A stretch of 63,935 bases of DNA, the filler included, from Reclinomonas americana ATCC 50394 (Eukaryota): NCBI GenBank assembly GCA_048213135.1. It is 12 parts of 11 records of this genome, joined end to end, with 100 filler letters (N's around TTAATTAATTAA, not from the genome) between each part and the next. Parts side by side here need not be neighbours in the genome. Positions count along the whole stretch, not along the records: positions 49,575 to 56,069 come from PS016017.1; positions 56,170 to 59,227 come from PS016018.1; positions 59,328 to 61,376 come from PS016019.1; positions 61,477 to 63,935 come from AFZH01016465.1; 8 more parts are not named here. One strand, given 5' to 3'. Shown piece after piece: positions 51,926-63,935 of the stretch. The first letter of the stretch is position 1. Each line of letters begins with the position of its first letter. The notes beneath the pieces are model-generated. The model ran no database searches and was not told the DNA's origin. It was given only the letters and a program-made list of their open reading frames with translations. A program made the position numbers and the translations under genes.

Positions 51926-54900
51926 GTGGGTGTGGGCGTGGGTCGAGTGGATGTCGATGCGGATGATGTGGGAGAGGGAGTTGGAGTGGTGAGGATGTCG
52001 GTGGAGGAGGAGCAGGCGGAGGAGGAGCGGAGGAGAGTGAGAGCGGTGAGTGAGAGAGAGTGTGTGTGTGTTTTGGTGTCTGTGTGATCATCTTGTGTGT
52101 GTGCATTGATCTCTGTCTTTTCACTCATTTCCTTCTTTTGTTCCTTTTCTCTCCGCTTTATCGTTTTCTTCGTCTCGCCTCTTCCTTCTCCTCCTCTCTA
52201 TCTTCACTTTTACACTTGTTTCCTTCTTTTGTTCTCTCTTCTTCTGTCTTTTCCTTCTTCTCCAAAGTCTTTGTGCTCTCTCTTTCTCTTTTCCTCGTGT
52301 CTTTGCTCTCAACCTTTCTTTCTCTCTCCGTCTTCTCCCCTCCTCTTTGTCTCTCATTCCCGTCTTCATTTGTTCTGTTCTCTTCTTTTCTCCTCCTTCT
52401 CCTTCTCTTCTCTCCGCGTACGCTCACTCGCTCACCCTTACTCATCTCCTTGCTCTCAACAAACCTTGTCTTTGCTTTCTTTCTCCATCTGCTCATCTCT
52501 TCCTTCTCCTCCTCTCTATCCCTTCGCTCTTTACACACATTCCTTGCTTCCCTTCTTTCTTTATCTCGTCTCCTTCTTCTTCTCTCCTCCACTCTCATTC
52601 CGTCACTCTTTGCACTCATTCCTTTCTTTATTGTTCTTCCTCCTCCTTCTCCTTTCCTTCTCTCCGCGTACGCTCACTCACTCACCCTTACTCATATCCT
52701 TGCTCTCAACAATCCTTGTCTTCGCTTTCTCTCTCCCCTTGTCTCGCTCTCTCCTCTCCTCTCCACCTCTTCACATTCACTCCTCCTTCCCCTCACCCTC
52801 GTCTTCTCCGCAGTTCGATCCCATGTCCGTGCTGCAGTCACCCGAACTCGCACGCATCACGCGTCTGTTGGAGAAGGCAAGCCTCCTCATCCTGCACTCC
52901 ACCCACCCACCCGCCGACTCATCCCCCCGCCTTCTCATTCACAGCAAGAATGCCGCCTGATGACCATTGGCCGCACCAACACGTTCCGTCTTCTCTCCGT
53001 CCCCTTCCCCCTTAATCTCCCCAGTCACTCATTCCGCCTGCAGCGGCAAGTCCACGCTGTGGAACGCATTTCTCGGTGTCCCCCGTCTCCTCCGTCGCTC
53101 GAGTCGTGCATGCACACCTCGCATTGTGGAGCTCGGACACGGCGAGGTCGGCGAGGCGGTACTGCTGGACGCGCAGGGGCAGGTGCTAGAGTCGCGGCGC
53201 CTGGAGGGTCTCCGACTGCCCGACGACATGGTACGCCGACTGGCGCCGAGCCAGCGCATGCCGGCCGGCAGTGGGGTGGTGGGAGCGGCGGGAGTGGATG
53301 TGGCCGACGAGGAGCAGGTCGGGTGTGTGGTGTGCTGCCAGCTGCCGCTGACGGTGCTCGACACGGGTCTGTGCGTGATTGATTCGCCGGGCCTGGGCGA
53401 GCTGCCGTCGTTGGATGCGGTGGTCAAGCAGCAGGCCGCGGAGGCTGACGGTATTATTTACATTATCGACAGCAGGGATCCCATGAACCGGCAGGTGTGT
53501 GGAGAAGGGGAGAAGGGGCGAAGAGAGAGAGAGAGAGGGAGAGACAGGATGTGTGTGCTTGTGAGTTTCCTCTTGAATCGGTTGCTGTTTTGCCCTCATG
53601 AGAGCGTCATTGTCATTCCAAGAGTCGCCGTTGTCTCTTTCAACTACTTTTCTCACTCTCTCTGGTTGTTTGAGTTTCCTCGCGAATGGAGAAATGTTTG
53701 CTGCGCTCCCCCGCCCTTGGGTCTTTGTATGTAGTTTTAATCACGTTGTTTAATCCTATATCTGTCTCTTTCTATTGACTTCTCTCTCAGCGAGTTTGTG
53801 AGTATCCTCGCAAATCGCCATTGTACGCTGCATTTTAAAACGACACAGTTCGCTCCCTTGACCCTTGGCCATCGTTTCTGGCACTCTCCTTTTCTCTCCT
53901 CCCTCTATTTCATCGTCTGCCTCACTCTGTTCGCCACTTTCTCTTCCCCTGCGTGCCTGTGAGGCATCCCGCAAGTCTGTTGCCCTCTCCCATTGTAGTT
54001 TGTCGTCGACGCGCCGCATTCCATGCGTGATAGTCTCCTTCTCCTGCTTTCTCCCTCTCTCCCCCTGCTCTCTCCAATCTCTAACACCCTTCCCCTTTCC
54101 ACTTCCTCCTTCCTCCAGGACGTGGACACCCTCCGCGAACTCGCCGCCCTCGGCACCCCCATCATGTTCCTCGTCAACCTGTGGCAACGAGCCGACGACG
54201 ACGAAGACGATGATGAAGAGGAAGACAGTGAGGCGGCGGGAATGAGGGAGCTGGAGGCGCTGGAGATGACCATTCGGGAGTTGCGTTCGCGGACTTGTCA
54301 ACCCACCCGTCTTCTCGGTGTCCTCTCGATTGTCTCTCTGCCTCCGCGCCATCATTTCTGCTCTCTCCCGTCTATCTTCAACTCCTCCGCTCTCAGTCGT
54401 CCTCACTGGCTGTCAATCTGCTGCATCCGCGCGGTTATCTCTGCCTCTCCATCCTCCATTTCGTGACTCCCTTTCTATCTCTCGTTCGCTCTCTCTCTCT
54501 CTCGATCACTCTCTCTCTCTCTCGCTACCCCTCTATGTTCGTGACACCTTCTCCCTATCCTCCATTTATTGTGATGCCCTCTCTATCTATCACGCTCTCT
54601 ATCGCTCACTCTCTCTCTCTCTCTCTCTGTTTTGCCCCTCCATGCTCGTGACCCGCTCTGTCCATCCATTTTCAAGACGCCCTTCTCCCTCCTTCCCACC
54701 TTAATCCGCCACACCGTTCTTCCCCCTTCTCAGGCGCTTGCGGGACGTCGGCATGGCCCCCGATGCCTCACGATTGCAGTTTGTCGATGTCAAGCAGGCG
54801 GTCTGTACCATCGTTTCCCTTGTTCTCCAATCAACATTTTGCTCATCACTGACTCACGTTGCTTCTGCACAGTGGCGCGCCTCGGCCGTGAGTCGCCATG

Positions 54901-57715
54901 AATCACTTCATTTCTGCTCTCTCCTGTCTGACATCCTCCTACAGGGCCGAGTGTCGGCGTATCCAGCAGACTTCACCGTTTCGTCACTCTCTTCTCCCCT
55001 GCCTCCCCCTTGCCCCTCGCTCACTTTCCCATATCGTTGACAGCTCTTCATGACCCACCTCACCACCTTTGTCGGCGACATTTGGTCGGCGGAGACATTC
55101 CAGGCTGCGCGCGATCTCCAAACCGTCGTGCGCACTGTACTGCAGTCGCTGTTGCACGAACGGTGCGTGGAAGCAACGATGTTCTTGATGTGCTGCATTC
55201 CTCCCTCACTCTTTCGCGCAGTGAATCCGGGGAGGAGATTCGGCAGCGGTTCACGGTGACCGAAGAGGCGCTGCAGCGATTTCTTGACGCCATGTTGCGT
55301 GCTGCTGCTCGATCACTTCCTCCTGCCAATAACTGACTTCCTGCCACAGGACCGCCGTGCCCGCTGTGGTGGAAGATCGAGTGCGCGAGGGTCTCCGACA
55401 GATTGTGGCCGAGGATGCATTTCGCGCCGCCATTGTAGTAGAAGTGGACAGCGCTGTCATGCGTGGACAATTTAGTGTGCGTGCACAGCTTAGTTGCCTC
55501 ATCTCTTGTTTCTCGTGACTGACCTCCATACGCATGCAGTCCGTGCCTGCCGGCGTTCGAAAGCGAGACCACACGAACCAGATCATTTGGGGAATTGTTC
55601 ACAGACAGGTTTCGTCGCGTGGGAGGGCCTCCTGCTTGTGCGCATTTCGCCTCACTACCCTTCCCTCGCAGTTGGAACAATCTCTTCAAGTGCCGGTCAT
55701 TGTGGGGCAAGTGGTGGGCGCGGCGGTGGCGCGCGGTCGTGACCAGGTGCAAGCGTACCTCGACGAACTCGGCGACGGTCACTCGGCGACTCTTGCGCGT
55801 GTTTTGCAGGATGCATTTGGAGCGGGTACCGAACTCAGTGGTCCCGAGTTTCAGTGGGAGCTGGTCGGTGGCGTCAGCGGCGCAGGTGGTTCAATTGGCA
55901 TGACGTTGCTGACGATTGGAGCGTTTGCGACGTCGGCGGAAACGGTGTGTCTCAACTGAAGGGATTCCTTTTATTTTTTTGGCTTCTTTCCTCCTCGGTC
56001 CCGTCGTCTTTTTTCGCCTGTCCCCTTCTCGCCTCCCGCCTCCGTCTTCCTTCTTTGGTCTTCCCCCTTNNNNNNNNNNNNNNNNNNNNNNNNNNNNNNN
56101 NNNNNNNNNNNNNTTAATTAATTAANNNNNNNNNNNNNNNNNNNNNNNNNNNNNNNNNNNNNNNNNNNNATGTCTTCAAGTCTTCCCGCATGTCGTCCCC
56201 CATCTCTTCCTCCCTCTCCCTCCCCAATCTTCCCCACTCTCCCCCTGTCTTCCCCATTTCACTCATCTCTCCTCCACCTTTCGCAACGCAGAGCCTTGGA
56301 CTCACGCTGGCCGCCATCGGTGTCGGCTCGGCTGCTCTCGCCCTGGTCGGCGCCGTTGTCGGGGGTGTGGTGGCGGGAGCCATGTTGCGTAGCACTCGCT
56401 TCCTGTGAGTGCTCCACGATGTTCTCTCTCATCAATCCTCGCAGATATGGAGTTAAGCGCTGGCTTCACGATCCCGATCCTCCTGCGGTGCGTCAGCATA
56501 CTATCATATCTGCCAATTGTCGCTGCTGACACTCTTTACGACATACAGGATGCCTCTTTCCGCGAATCCGTCATCAACAATGCGATTGAGTCCCTGCGAT
56601 CGTCTGCTGTGGAGGTGCGCCGCCCTCGTCCATCTCTCTTCTGTCTTCATCTCTCACGCTTCGCGCGCAGATTGCGCAACGCTACCGCGCGGCACTGGAA
56701 CCGATCCTTGAAGGCCAGAGATTACTGGTGACGACACGCCTGGCTCGCTCACGCGAGGCCGCACTGCGCCTGGCCGAGGTCACTGACGCCAGTCGAGTGG
56801 TGCGTGTTAGCGGTAATTGTTCTGCAACCGCTGTGTTCCNNNNNNNNNNNNNNNNNNNNNNNNNNNNNNNNNNNNNNNNNNNNNNNNNNNNNNNNNNNNN
56901 NNNNNNNNNNNNNNNNNNNNNNNNNNNNNNNNNNNNNNNNNNNNNNNNNNNNNNNNNNNNNNNNNNNNNNNNNNNNNNNNNNNNNNNNNNNNNNNNNNNN
57001 NNNNNNNNNNNNNNNNNNNNNNNNNNNNNNNNNNNNNNNNNNNNNNNNNNNNNNNNNNNNNNNNNNNNNNNNNNNNNNNNNNNNNNNNNNNNNNNNNNNN
57101 NNNNNNNNNNNNNNNNNNNNNNNNNNNNNNNNNNNNNNNNNNNNNNNNNNNNNNNNNNNNNNNNNNNNNNNNNNNNNNNNNNNNNNNNNNNNNNNNNNNN
57201 NNNNNNNNNNNNNNNNNNNNNNNNNNNNNNNNNNNNNNNNNNNNNNNNNNNNNNNNNNNNNNNNNNNNNNNNNNNNNNNNNNNNNNNNNNNNNNNNNNNN
57301 NNNNNNNNNNNNNNNNNNNNNNNNNNNNNNNNNNNNNNNNNNNNNNNNNNNNNNNNNNNNNNNNNNNNNNNNNNNNNNNNNNNNNNNNNNNNNNNNNNNN
57401 NNNNNNNNNNNNNNNNNNNNNNNNNNNNNNNNNNNNNNNNNNNNNNNNNNNNNNNNNNNNNNNNNNNNNNNNNNNNNNNNNNNNNNNNNNNNNNNNNNNN
57501 NNNNNNNNNNNNNNNNNNNNNNNNNNNNNNNNNNNNNNNNNNNNNNNNNNNNNNNNNNNNNNNNNNNNNNNNNNNNNNNNNNNNNNNNNNNNNNNNNNNN
57601 NNNNNNNNNNNNNNNNNNNNNNNNNNNNNNNNNNNNNNNNNNNNNNNNNNNNNNNNNNNNNNNNNNNNNNNNNNNNNNNNNNNNNNNNNNNNNNNNNNNN
57701 NNGGGAGGGAAGGAG

Positions 57716-57750
<35 letters not shown>

Positions 57751-58745
57751 GATTGATGCCGTGTCTCTTGTTTGCTTCGCTTTCCTCTCATCCTGTTGCC
57801 TCACACAGTGCGGCACCATCAACGGCGCCGATTGCGCAATCGTGTCGCTTCCGCTGGATCCCGAACGACGACTCACATCGCTGTTTGCAGTTCACAATCT
57901 GCTGGCTTTCCGGTGAACTCCCTTGCATCCCTACTGTATCCGTCCAGCTGCTGACTCGCTTGCTGCAGTGGTCAGCGCGGTGTGCTGACCGCCCGTGCCG
58001 TTCAAGTTCCCGACTTGCTGTCACTCGTGCGCGCTGGTGAGTGACCCTTTTTCCCGTCATCGCAACCTCCACCCTGCTGCTGACTAAGAAGCAGATGTCG
58101 GCGATCGACTGCGGGATCCCGATCAAATCCTCGTGTGCGTCCCGCCGTGTGAATCGTCGCTGGCTGTGTTTGCGGTCGAGCGCTTCGGCACTGTGAGCAC
58201 GGGAGAGCGCATCGCGCTGATTGCGAGCGTCATCAAGGGTCTGGCCGCCCTCCATCGACGCCGCTGTGCGCACGGCCACTTGCGCGCAGAGAACTTTCTT
58301 GTGCGTGGTACCGTGTCACCGAAATCGGAGGCAGGCACTCTGGATGCTCATCCCTTTGTCACAGATGCAACGAGCCGGCGATCCCTCCAGCATTCTGCTG
58401 GCCGACGCCGGAGTGACAGGTGCATTCGCTGGCATCTGGGCTAACATGTCACCGTGGATGATTCCACCGGAGCACCGGCGAGTGCCATCGTTTGCCGGCG
58501 ATGTGTTCTCGCTGGCCTGCATCATATTCCAAATCATCTTCATCAACGACGACGTCGCCATGTTTGACGATGGCACTTCTGCGCATCCAGCGCGGCCCGA
58601 GAACATCTTCGTGGAGCTGCCGGAGGAGTCTGTGGATCGTCTGTGGCAGCTGCTGGAGCGCTGCTGGTCCGACGATCCCGCCCGACGGCCCAGCTCGGCT
58701 GATATATTTGCCGAGTTTGCCTCCATGTTTGGCTCGGCGCCGTGA
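51713..58745 (+). CDS. Dynamin-like (BDLP/mitofusin-type) GTPase with hydrophobic segment and C-terminal kinase-fold (pseudokinase) domain; DSTYK-like architecture
   Basis: Spliced G1 IGRTNT|GKSTLWNAFLG, G2 RACT, G3 IDSPGL, G4-like MFLVNLW. Gly-rich hydrophobic stretch near 55860-56390. Kinase C-lobe HGHLRAENFL, LADAG, GDVFSL, LLERCWSDDPARRPS. Fusion is inferred across two gaps. Confidence 0.7.
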
Positions 58746-58859
58746 ACTAGAAGGAAGAACGTAGTTAAATAGTTATAAATGTACATTGTCAATTATCGGA
58801 GACGGGAGAAGTTACAGACATTGTAACACTTTTGTTTATTTTCATTTTTCTCCCGCGAT

Positions 58860-59092
58860 TTACCACGCAGTGCGGCCGGCGTGACTCACTGGCTCCGACG
58901 CCGACTCGTACGACGAAGACCCTGAACCTGGCAGGCGGTTGTCAGTGTCTTTCTGTGTGTGGATGTAAGAGGGTGGAAGAAAACAAACCACTCGATTTCT
59001 GGTCATTGTCGGCCTCTTCGTCGTCGTCCTCGGCCTCCACGGCGTGGCTGAAACGAGCAAAGCGCTGGTACTCGTGTGAACCGATGGCTCCC
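58860..59092 (-). CDS. Last two exons of an unidentified gene (possibly the tail of the OFCC1-like gene)
   Basis: GAIGSHEYQRFARFSHAVEAEDDEEEADNDQKS, then a short GT-AG intron, then SSGSSSYESASEPVSHAGRTAW-stop. Confidence 0.5.
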
Positions 59093-59327
59093 TGGTGCGA
59101 AAGAAAGGACAGAGGTGTGAGGGAATGGCGCGGAAGAGAGGATGGTAGGAGGAAGGGAGAAAGAGGAGAGGGAGAGGAAGAGGGAGAGGAAGAGGGAGAG
59201 GAAGAGGGAGAGGAAGAGGGAGAGAGANNNNNNNNNNNNNNNNNNNNNNNNNNNNNNNNNNNNNNNNNNNNTTAATTAATTAANNNNNNNNNNNNNNNNN
59301 NNNNNNNNNNNNNNNNNNNNNNNNNNN

Positions 59328-59476
59328 CAGCAAAGCATAGCGCAGCAAAGCACAGCGAAGCGCAGCAAAGCACAGCGAAGCGCAGCACAGCAAAGCATAG
59401 CGCAGCATAGCGTAGCACAGCGAAGCATAGCGCAGCATAGCGCAGCACAGCGAAGCACAGCGCAGCGCAGCAAAGC
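59328..59476 (+). repeat. Pentamer-based minisatellite (CAGCA/AAGCA/TAGCG units), intronic
   Basis: Direct inspection. It produces the spurious CFAVLRYAAL ORFs. Confidence 0.85.
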
Positions 59477-59552
59477 ACACACCAAAGAACAAGACGAAGT
59501 ACCCAGTGAGCCATCCACTCCTTTCATCACTTTCCCTTCTCCATCAACGCAC

Positions 59553-60839
59553 CTGCGTGGTAGCCACCTGCCCATCGCACGCTTCGCAGTGCTCGTTGAA
59601 CTCGCGATGCAGTGAGCACGGAGTCGCGGTCACCCGATTGGCTGCATCGCCCTTGCCAGCAGCCTTGTCACCCTCGGTCGGCGGCTTCCACGGCATGCGA
59701 TTGCCGCCGAGACGGTCCCACATGGACACGGTCAACACCTGCACTCAAATCAGTATTGGACACACACGCACACCATCATGCAAGTCACGCACAAAGCAAC
59801 CAGGCGGCAGCTTGTCCTTGACGGCACGCAGCAGGCGCAAGCGCAGGCGAATGGGCTGCGGTCGCGCCGACCAGTTGATCTCGCGGCGATCGGGCCGGCC
59901 GTACAAGTCGTCGGCATCCACCAGCTTGCCGTACTCCTCCACCACCTCGGTCTTGCGGCGATCGAGCACCGACTCCAGTTGCACCTTGGCCTCAGCAAAG
60001 GCCTCCTGCATGCGACGAATGCGCATCCTGTGTGCTTGCACGCGAGCCTCTTCACGCTTCTCGCGGCGAGAGATGCGGGCGTGCGTCTCATCGTGGGCCT
60101 CCTTCAGCAATCTGCGGCGCCCAAGTGATTGGTACAAGAGAATCACAATCACAGAGAGAGAGAGAGAGACAGGGAGCTCACCGCTCTTCGGCCGACTGCA
60201 CGCGATGCAGCATCTCCTGGTGACGCAGCTCCTGTGCACGCTCTGCTCACAAAGAGATGTCAGTCATTCTGATTCATCCTCTCTCTTCCCCCTTCTTCGC
60301 AACCAACCATGCGCCAATCGCAATGCGCGCAATCGCTGCTCCTCCTCGCGCGCCTTATTGACGTCGATCTTGCCAATGACGAGCACATCGTCGGCAGCCT
60401 CGCGATCGAACTCCTGCAGGTAGTCCGCACCACGTCCGTCTTTGCGAATGCGCCGCTTGATGCGCTCAATCTCTCGCAGGCGCTCGCGACGCTCCGCCGC
60501 CGCCTCCAGCACCGCCTCAAAGTCCATGCGCTCCAGCGGATCGGGCGCGGTGTATGAGCCTGTGGGTGTTGGAGTGAGGTGAGCAAGAGAAGGAGAGAAA
60601 TGGAAAAAAGAGGAGATGAGAACCTCGACTCTCCGCCGAGGTCGGCCGCATCCCGGCGAGACCCGCAGCTGCGCCTCGCAGCGACGGACTCAGCTCCGGC
60701 GGCAGAGCGGTGGGCAGTGGTGGGCGGTCGACAAAGTCGTCTTCGACCGACGACGAGGAGGAGAGGGTGGAGCTGGCGCGACTGCCTCCGAAGCGGCGGC
60801 GGGGAGGGGGAGGAGTGGTGAAGGAGGTGTTGGAGGCCG
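59553..60839 (-). CDS. OFCC1-like protein (partial)
   Basis: Coiled coil followed by KTEVVEEYGKL...INWSARPQPIRLRLRLLRAVKDKLPPGCF|VLTVSMWDRLGGNRMPW, resembling the conserved OFCC1-family block as I recall it. Confidence 0.65.
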
Positions 60840-61629
60840 CTGTGGGGGGAGGAGGAAAAAGGAGAAGGAGAGGAGAGGGTGAGGAAGGAAGGAGAAGGGA
60901 AGGAGAAGGGAGATGGATGGGGAAGGAGGGTGAGGACGAAGGCGAAGAGAGATGGATAGGATGAAGTGAAGAGAGACAGATAGGGAAGGAAGTGAAGGGA
61001 GACAGATAGGGAAGGGGGCGAAGAACAACTGGTGATTGAGGAGAAGCGTATGACAGATGACACGGTCCAAGGGACATGAGAGATATGGAAGCATGAGACT
61101 GTGTTGAGTGAGAGATCTTGAGCACTTGCAGACAAGACGATGATCATAATGACGGATACCCTGCCTCATCAAGCGAAGGTTGACGTGAGAGAGACAGTGA
61201 GTGAGTGAGTGTGTGAATGTGTGTGTGTGTGCGTGTGGGTGTGCGGGTGGGTGGGTGGAGAGAGAAAGAGGAAGAGAGAGAGAGAGAGAGAGATGACGAC
61301 GATTGTTCAGCCTTGTCTGCACATACGCACTCACAGTTCCTCTCTCTCCCTCACTCCTCTCTTCCTCTTACCCCTCNNNNNNNNNNNNNNNNNNNNNNNN
61401 NNNNNNNNNNNNNNNNNNNNTTAATTAATTAANNNNNNNNNNNNNNNNNNNNNNNNNNNNNNNNNNNNNNNNNNNNGGAGGAGGAGGAGGAAGAGGCAGA
61501 AGAGGAGAAGAAACAGCAAGAGAAACCGAGCAGAAGGTGAAAAAGGGAGATGCAAGATATGAAGAACTGGACCCAAGCAGATAAGCAAAGAACGCAGGCG
61601 CCTGTGTTGTGCCATCTCCCTCGCCTCAC

Positions 61630-61943
61630 CAGTCATGGTGATCGACACAATATCCTCCGCATCACCGCAGAACGCCATGTTGCGCTGCCCGAGACCCACA
61701 GTGTACTTGCCAGTCGACACGCCATCGTACTTTTCTGCACCACATCGCAGGCGTGAGAAGAGATCGTACAAGAATCTCGATATCAGCACACCCACCAAGA
61801 TCTGTCAAGAAACAACAGATCAGTCACGATCCAGTGCTCACACAGCAACCAAAAAACAAACAGCACTGACCTGCTTGACTGACGTACGTCGAGGGGAAGT
61901 ACACCTCCATGGCCAGCACACCGACATGCGATGGACGCGAGTG
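61630..61943 (-). CDS. HMGCS: Hydroxymethylglutaryl-CoA synthase, N-terminal exons; remainder lost at the contig join
   Basis: [59 protein letters not shown]. Confidence 0.93.
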
Positions 61944-62588
61944 CTGCGAAAAAAAAAAGGGAGAGTGAGAACTTCTCATGCGCGACATCTTCTCACATGG
62001 CGCACACAGAGAGACGACCGCCCCCACTCTCTCCTCCTCTTCTCTCTCTCCAGTGCACATGGTATGTGTGCGCAGTGGTGAGAGCAAAAGTAGAGCATAC
62101 ATGCGAGAGACACACAGGCGCAGAGAGAGGCGAGTGGTGCAGTGCAGGAGTCGTTACTGCAGCAGATTTTTTTCGCAGTTTCTCACGCTTTTTTTCGCTG
62201 CTGTTCGTGCGTGTTTGTTGGGGTGAGACAAGAGAGAGAGAGACGCAACAGTGGCAGCGGCAGCGGCAGCAGCAGCGGCGACTGAGCTCATGCGCTGCGG
62301 GCGAGCGACTGCAGCAGTGGAGCGAGGCAGCGAGAGAGCGCTGCGACGCACCAGAGAGGCGCCGAGGAGAGACCACATGCAACGAGGGTATTGAGTGAGA
62401 GAGAGCAACAGGAGAGAAGAATGAGAAGGTCGGGCGCAGCGCGTGCGCGGAGGAAAGAGGGTGAGAATAACGGGCAACGAACGTCAATGTCGAGACTCGC
62501 AGTTCGGATTCTCACATCCATGCGGAGATGGGCCCTCCCCAAGCTCACACAACACATGCACAACACTGCCGTCACCTTCATTCACATC

Positions 62589-63717
62589 TCACTCGACAAA
62601 CTGCGCCATGCACAACAAGACATGGTAAGCATGAGCATCACAAAAAAACCCGTCAACTCCGGTCCACCATTTTCGCTCACCTTCTCCGCCGGTCTCAGCA
62701 ACTCCCGCAGCGTCGGCGTCACCGACACCTCCACGTCCAGCTGTGGCGATGCGCGTGCCAGTCGCACCAGCTCGCGCAGGTCGAGCAGGATCTGCACCGA
62801 CATCTTGTCCATGTCGGTGGCTTCGGCGTTCGTCGTTGCGGCGGCTGCACCGCCGGCACTCCCATCGGAGGCATCGCGGCGCATGAGCTTCTTCAGCGAC
62901 TCCTCTGTCTTGCGGCCCGTCTCGATGATCTCGCGGGCAATGTCCTCAAAGCTGTGACTGGCAGTCAGCGTCCAAGACGACAACTGCCTCGCCCGACACA
63001 AGTAACTTTTTCATGACCACGCCGAGCACGCTCGAGGCCCACTCGTGACGCGTGAAACCCAGGTGATTTGGCATGAGGCCACACAGGTGCTGCAGCGGTT
63101 CGAGAGTGGCGGCCACGTACGGCAGCGGTTCCGCCGGCATCTCGCGCTGCGTCATGCGATAGGCCGACGGTAATCTACGCAAGTCGGCCAGGTGGCGCAC
63201 ACACAGTGGAGGCACGATGGCGAGCACGCGGGCGCCAATGTCGCGCTCGGCCACCGCCTGCAGCGCCGCCGTCGACTCGAGAATGCACTCTGTGCACGCA
63301 CGTCCGTCAGGAGAAGATGGGGGAAAGCACTCGACACTTCACATACCGCTGACAATCGACACCACGGCTTCGTCCTTGATACGCTGCGTGCGCAGCACGC
63401 GCAGCAAGGGGCCCTCGACAAACTCGCCCATCTCCACCAGGTCACAGTGCACGTGCACCAGGGCCTCCTGATCCAGTTCGCCCACTCGTTTCACGACGTA
63501 CGTGCGCAACCGCGACAGCAACTGGACCGTCAGCCGCACGAAGCGATGCAGCAGTGGCGCCAGATACACGCCCTCCGACCACGTGTAGAGCAGCAGTCGT
63601 GCAATTTGCGCCACTTGGCCGGTGCGGAACGAGCACACCTCCACGGCGGCCGGTGTCACCAGAGCGGCGGGTGGTTGTGCGAGTGATTTCTCGGCTTGCG
63701 TGGCGATCTCTTGGAAA
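62589..63717 (-). CDS. COG2: Conserved oligomeric Golgi complex subunit 2, C-terminal exons
   Basis: FQEIA, WSEGVYLAPLLHRFVRLTVQLLSR, LRRLPSAYRMTQREMP..PLPYV...LEPL, KTEESLKKL, TDMDKMSVQILLD. The final mini-exon is FVE-stop. Confidence 0.88.
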
Positions 63718-63885
63718 CTGCGCACAAAAGCAAAGGGGGTGACAAAAGGAGAAGGGGGGAAGGGGAGGGAGGGAGAGGGAGGGAGAGGGAATGGGAGACA
63801 GGCGGAAGAGTGGCAAGAGATTGCTTGTTTTGCATCGCGGGCACGGTGGGGAGAGAGTGAGAGAGAGATGGAGAAAGGGATAGAG

Positions 63886-63916
<31 letters not shown>

Positions 63917-63935
63917 CGGAAGAGTGGCAAGAGAT

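Noticed and set aside
7192..61432. Recurrent palindromic TTAATTAATTAA motif
   Set aside because: Always centred in fixed-length N spacers. It is an assembly linker, not a biological site.

Overview
Eukaryotic, probably protist, draft scaffold. It is GC-rich in exons, has many 60-90 bp spliceosomal introns with CTRAC-type branch points and longer GA/CT-rich introns, and is interrupted by N-gaps and artificial TTAATTAATTAA linkers. No rRNA, tRNA, CRISPR array or clear transposon was seen. Conserved genes reconstructed by manual splicing: a USP deubiquitinase ending in a CaaX motif, a CASTOR/GATS-like ACT protein, SHQ1, an OFCC1-like gene, HMG-CoA synthase (with a predicted 6-nt microexon), COG2, and a possible GLE1-like coiled-coil gene. 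Four unusual loci are interleaved with these: (1) a tandem array of ankyrin-repeat genes with a C-terminal F-box-like motif; (2) two tandem ankyrin/coiled-coil/Pelle-IRAK-like kinase genes that differ mainly at ankyrin binding-surface residues; (3) two tandem paralogous genes built from 6 and 5 copies of an unrecognised ~220-aa Cys/His-containing domain with intron positions repeated in each unit; (4) a bacterial-dynamin/mitofusin-like GTPase apparently fused to a pseudokinase, with a triplicated first exon. All gene models are by-eye splice predictions, and some cross assembly gaps.
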